From Cupriavidus necator (GTDB lineage Bacteria > Pseudomonadota > Gammaproteobacteria > Burkholderiales > Burkholderiaceae), in the NCBI RefSeq assembly GCF_016127575.1, contig NZ_CP066018.1, positions 2,670,001-2,702,000 of the forward strand: a stretch of DNA of 32,000 bases, given 5' to 3'. The notes beneath the pieces were generated by a model. It made no database searches. It had not been told where the DNA came from and worked only from the letters and a program-made list of their open reading frames with translations. The position numbers and the translations under genes are program-made. This document shows, in pieces, positions 29,240 through 32,000 of the stretch. Position 1 is the stretch's first letter. Each line of letters begins with the position of its first letter.

Positions 29240-31141
29240 ATGACCGCACCGCACGAGACGATGAGCTTCCAGGCGGAAGTGAAGCAACTGCTGCACCTGA
29301 TGATCCACTCGCTGTACAGCAACAAGGAAATCTTCCTGCGCGAGCTGGTCTCGAATGCTTCGGACGCCACCGACAAGCTGCGCTTCGAGGCGATCGCGAA
29401 CCCGTCCCTGCTGGAGAACGACGCCGACCTGGCGATCCGCATCGAGGCCGACGCCAAGGCGCGCACGCTGACGATCACCGACAACGGCATCGGCATGAGC
29501 CGCGACGAGGCGATCCACAACCTCGGCACCATCGCCCGCTCGGGCACCAAGGAATTCTTCCAGCAGCTTTCCGGCGACCAGCAGAAGGACGCCGCGCTGA
29601 TCGGCCAGTTCGGGGTGGGCTTCTACTCGGCCTTTATCGTCGCCGACAAGGTCACGGTGGAAACGCGCCGCGCCGGCCTGGGCGCCGAAGACGCGGTGCG
29701 CTGGGAAAGCACCGGCGACGGCGAGTTCACCATCGATGCCATCGCCCGCAACGAGCGCGGCACCACCATCACGCTGCACCTGCGCGAGGGCGAGGACGAC
29801 TTCCTCTCGGCCTGGCGCCTGAAGGGCATCATCCAGAAGTACTCGGACCATATCTCGCTGCCGATCCGCATGCCCAAGGAGGTGTGGGACGCTGAATCCA
29901 GCACCTACCAGCGCACCGCCGAGTGGGAAAGCGTGAACCAGGCCAGCGCGCTGTGGACCCGCGCCAAGTCCGACATCACCGACGAGCAGTACACCGCCTT
30001 CTACCAGCACATCGCGCACGACAACGAGGCGCCGCTGGCCTGGACCCACAACCGCGTGGAAGGCCGCAGCGAATACACCCAGCTGCTGTATATCCCGGCG
30101 CGCGCCCCGTTCGACCTGTGGGACCGCAACCACAAGGCCGGCCTGAAGCTGTACGTCAAGCGCGTCTTCATCATGGACGATGCCGACCAGCTGCTGCCGG
30201 GCTACCTGCGCTGGGTCAAGGGCGTGGTCGATTCCGCCGACCTGCCGCTGAACGTATCGCGCGAACTGCTGCAGGAAAGCCGCGACGTCAAGGCCATCCG
30301 CGAGGGCTGCACCAAGCGCGTGCTGTCGATGCTGGAAACGCTGGCCGACAGTGAAGAAGAAGCCGAGCGCGCCAAGTACACCACCTTCTGGCAGCAGTTC
30401 GGCCAGGCGCTCAAGGAAGGCATCGGTGAAGACCAGGCCAATCTGGAGCGCGTGGCGAAGCTGCTGCGCTTTGCCTCCACCCACAACGACACCGCCGAGC
30501 AGAACGTGGCGCTGGCCGCCTACGTCGGCCGCATGAAGGAAGGCCAGGACAAGATCTACTACGTCACCGCCGATACCTGGTCCGCCGCGAAGAACAGCCC
30601 GCACCTGGAAGTGTTCCGCAAGAAGGGCATCGAAGTGCTGCTGCTGACCGACCGCGTCGATGAATGGATGCTTTCATTCCTGCGCGAGTTCGACGGCAAG
30701 GAACTGGTGTCGGTCGCGCGCGGCGACCTGGACCTGGGCAAGCTCGCCGACGAAGCCGAGAAGGCCGAGCAGGAAAAGGCCGAGGCCGACTGGAAGGACG
30801 TGGTCGATCGCGCCAAGACCGTGCTCGACGGCAAGGCCAAGGACGTGCGCGTGACGCTGCGCCTGACCGCGTCGGCCTCGTGCCTGGTCTCTGACGAAGG
30901 CGACATGAGCGGCTATCTGCAGCGCCTGCTCAAGCAGGCCGGCCAGAAGGCGCCGGACGCCCAGCCGATCCTGGAACTGAACCCGGAACACGCGCTGGTG
31001 CAGAAACTGCGCGATCTCCCCGAGGGCGATGCCTTCAGCGACCGCGTGCAGGTGCTGTTCGACCAGGCGCTGCTGGCCGAAGGCGGCATGCTGGACGATC
31101 CGGCTGCGTATGTGCAGCGTGTCAACAAGCTGCTGGCCTGA
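29240..31141 (+). CDS. htpG: Molecular chaperone HtpG (Hsp90)
   Basis: The N-terminus [40 protein letters not shown] closely matches E. coli HtpG as I recall it. The protein is 633 aa, with a GAGGAGA RBS. Confidence 0.95.
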   Translation: MTAPHETMSFQAEVKQLLHLMIHSLYSNKEIFLRELVSNASDATDKLRFEAIANPSLLENDADLAIRIEADAKARTLTITDNGIGMSRDEAIHNLGTIARSGTKEFFQQLSGDQQKDAALIGQFGVGFYSAFIVADKVTVETRRAGLGAEDAVRWESTGDGEFTIDAIARNERGTTITLHLREGEDDFLSAWRLKGIIQKYSDHISLPIRMPKEVWDAESSTYQRTAEWESVNQASALWTRAKSDITDEQYTAFYQHIAHDNEAPLAWTHNRVEGRSEYTQLLYIPARAPFDLWDRNHKAGLKLYVKRVFIMDDADQLLPGYLRWVKGVVDSADLPLNVSRELLQESRDVKAIREGCTKRVLSMLETLADSEEEAERAKYTTFWQQFGQALKEGIGEDQANLERVAKLLRFASTHNDTAEQNVALAAYVGRMKEGQDKIYYVTADTWSAAKNSPHLEVFRKKGIEVLLLTDRVDEWMLSFLREFDGKELVSVARGDLDLGKLADEAEKAEQEKAEADWKDVVDRAKTVLDGKAKDVRVTLRLTASASCLVSDEGDMSGYLQRLLKQAGQKAPDAQPILELNPEHALVQKLRDLPEGDAFSDRVQVLFDQALLAEGGMLDDPAAYVQRVNKLLA

Positions 31142-31153
31142 CGCCCCGGCTGC

Positions 31154-31177
31154 CCCCGCCGCGCAGGCGGCGGGGGA
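31154..31177 (+). terminator. GC-rich hairpin after htpG (probable terminator with a weak U-tract)
   Basis: CCCCCGCCG-CGCAGG-CGGCGGGGG is followed by ATTCCCATCTC. It lies 13 nt after the htpG stop. Confidence 0.5.
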
Positions 31178-31214
31178 TTCCCATCTCAATGTGTTGTAGC
31201 GGAGCGCGTGACCG

Positions 31215-31727
31215 ATGACACTGAAGCGGTGCTTCCCGCCTGTCGTTGACGCCGGCACGCGCATCCTTATTCTCGGCAGCCTGCCGGGCGAGGCGTCACT
31301 GGCGCAATGCCAGTATTACGCGCATCGGCAGAATCAGTTCTGGCGCCTGACCGGCGAAGTTCTCGGTGAAGACCTGGTCCGCATGGAATATGCCGCGCGG
31401 CTGCAAACGCTTCTGGCGCATCACGTCGGTCTGTGGGACGTGGTGGCGCAAGCGAAGCGTGAGGGCAGCCTGGACAGCAATATCCGGGATCACGCCGGCA
31501 ACGACCTGGCGAGCCTGATCGAATCACTACCCAGGCTGGCTGTCATCGCCTTCAATGGCGGCACTGCCGCGCGTATCGGTTTGAAGGCCCTTGGGCAGCA
31601 TGGCGACCATCACCGGATCATCAGGCTTCCTTCCAGTAGTCCCGCTCATACCTTGCCCTACACGGAAAAGCTGGGCGCCTGGCAGGCATTGCGAGAGTGG
31701 CTGCCTGTAAGGCAGCGTCTGGCATAG
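31215..31727 (+). CDS. DNA-deoxyinosine (hypoxanthine) glycosylase, UDG family 6-like
   Basis: The motifs are ILILGSLPGEASL, QYYAHRQNQFW and LPSSSPA, in a 170-aa protein. Confidence 0.7.
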   Translation: MTLKRCFPPVVDAGTRILILGSLPGEASLAQCQYYAHRQNQFWRLTGEVLGEDLVRMEYAARLQTLLAHHVGLWDVVAQAKREGSLDSNIRDHAGNDLASLIESLPRLAVIAFNGGTAARIGLKALGQHGDHHRIIRLPSSSPAHTLPYTEKLGAWQALREWLPVRQRLA

Positions 31728-31745
31728 CTCGTTCACGCACCCACG

Positions 31746-32000
31746 TTACCTGGGCATCCCTTCATACATGCCGGTGACGTCATCCATTACCTGAAGAATA
31801 CGCTCGCTGGTCGTGGCGATGTTCCTCAACTGTTCCGCGCGACTGACCCCGGTCTGGTTGAGTGCCTCTTCAAAGAACAGCCACTGAGACCCGGCCAGCA
31901 GCAGTTCGCGACGGATTGCCTCGGTGTTTTGCGGCGCCGAGGTGAGAAGCTCCTGCGCGGCTGCGAATTCCCTGGTAGCCATGTCCAGATCCTGCGCCAT
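31746..32000 (-). CDS. C-terminal part of a helical periplasmic sensor-like protein (PilJ/NarX N-terminal-domain-like); may continue beyond the window
   Basis: The ORF reaches the window edge and begins with an ATG at 31998-32000, but may extend further. The helical pattern ELLLAGSQWLFFEEAL...SERILQVMDDV resembles the second half of PilJ-type four-helix domains. The assignment is tentative. Confidence 0.35.
   Translation of the reverse strand: MAQDLDMATREFAAAQELLTSAPQNTEAIRRELLLAGSQWLFFEEALNQTGVSRAEQLRNIATTSERILQVMDDVTGMYEGMPR

Overview
This is a very GC-rich window, apparently chromosomal DNA from a betaproteobacterium. Gene content and order (parE, a lytic transglycosylase, then parC; also htpG, uup, lldP) look Burkholderiaceae-like (Cupriavidus/Ralstonia type). 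That assignment is inference only, since no search was possible. About 30 protein genes and one tRNA can be supported. Most are housekeeping or transport: topoisomerase IV ParE/ParC, HtpG, ABC-F Uup, an L-lactate permease, BenE, MFS, SMR, LysE and DMT transporters, and an MsbA-like ABC exporter.

Three regions deserve a second look.
(1) 1-3700: a sigma-54 enhancer-binding protein lies next to a consensus -24/-12 promoter. That promoter drives a 97-aa protein with a double-glycine-type leader-like N-terminus, followed by a co-transcribed PP2C phosphatase. An LRAT/NlpC-P60-like gene sits divergently.
(2) 3722-5221: tRNA-Arg(CCT) is followed by a visibly more AT-rich islet with two orphan small ORFs and a higBA toxin-antitoxin pair, with no integrase.
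(3) 21658-29116: a tightly packed eight-gene minus-strand cluster (VOC, AlaX-type tRNA editing, LysE, DMT, RidA, cupin, aminotransferase, GST). It is divergent from a MocR-type regulator, and a GTACAGT repeat array lies in the shared control region.

An orphan intrinsic terminator upstream of uup suggests an sRNA or a leader attenuator. No CRISPR array, rRNA, transposase or integrase was seen. All family calls come from motif recognition by eye. Start codons are best guesses and no database search was run.
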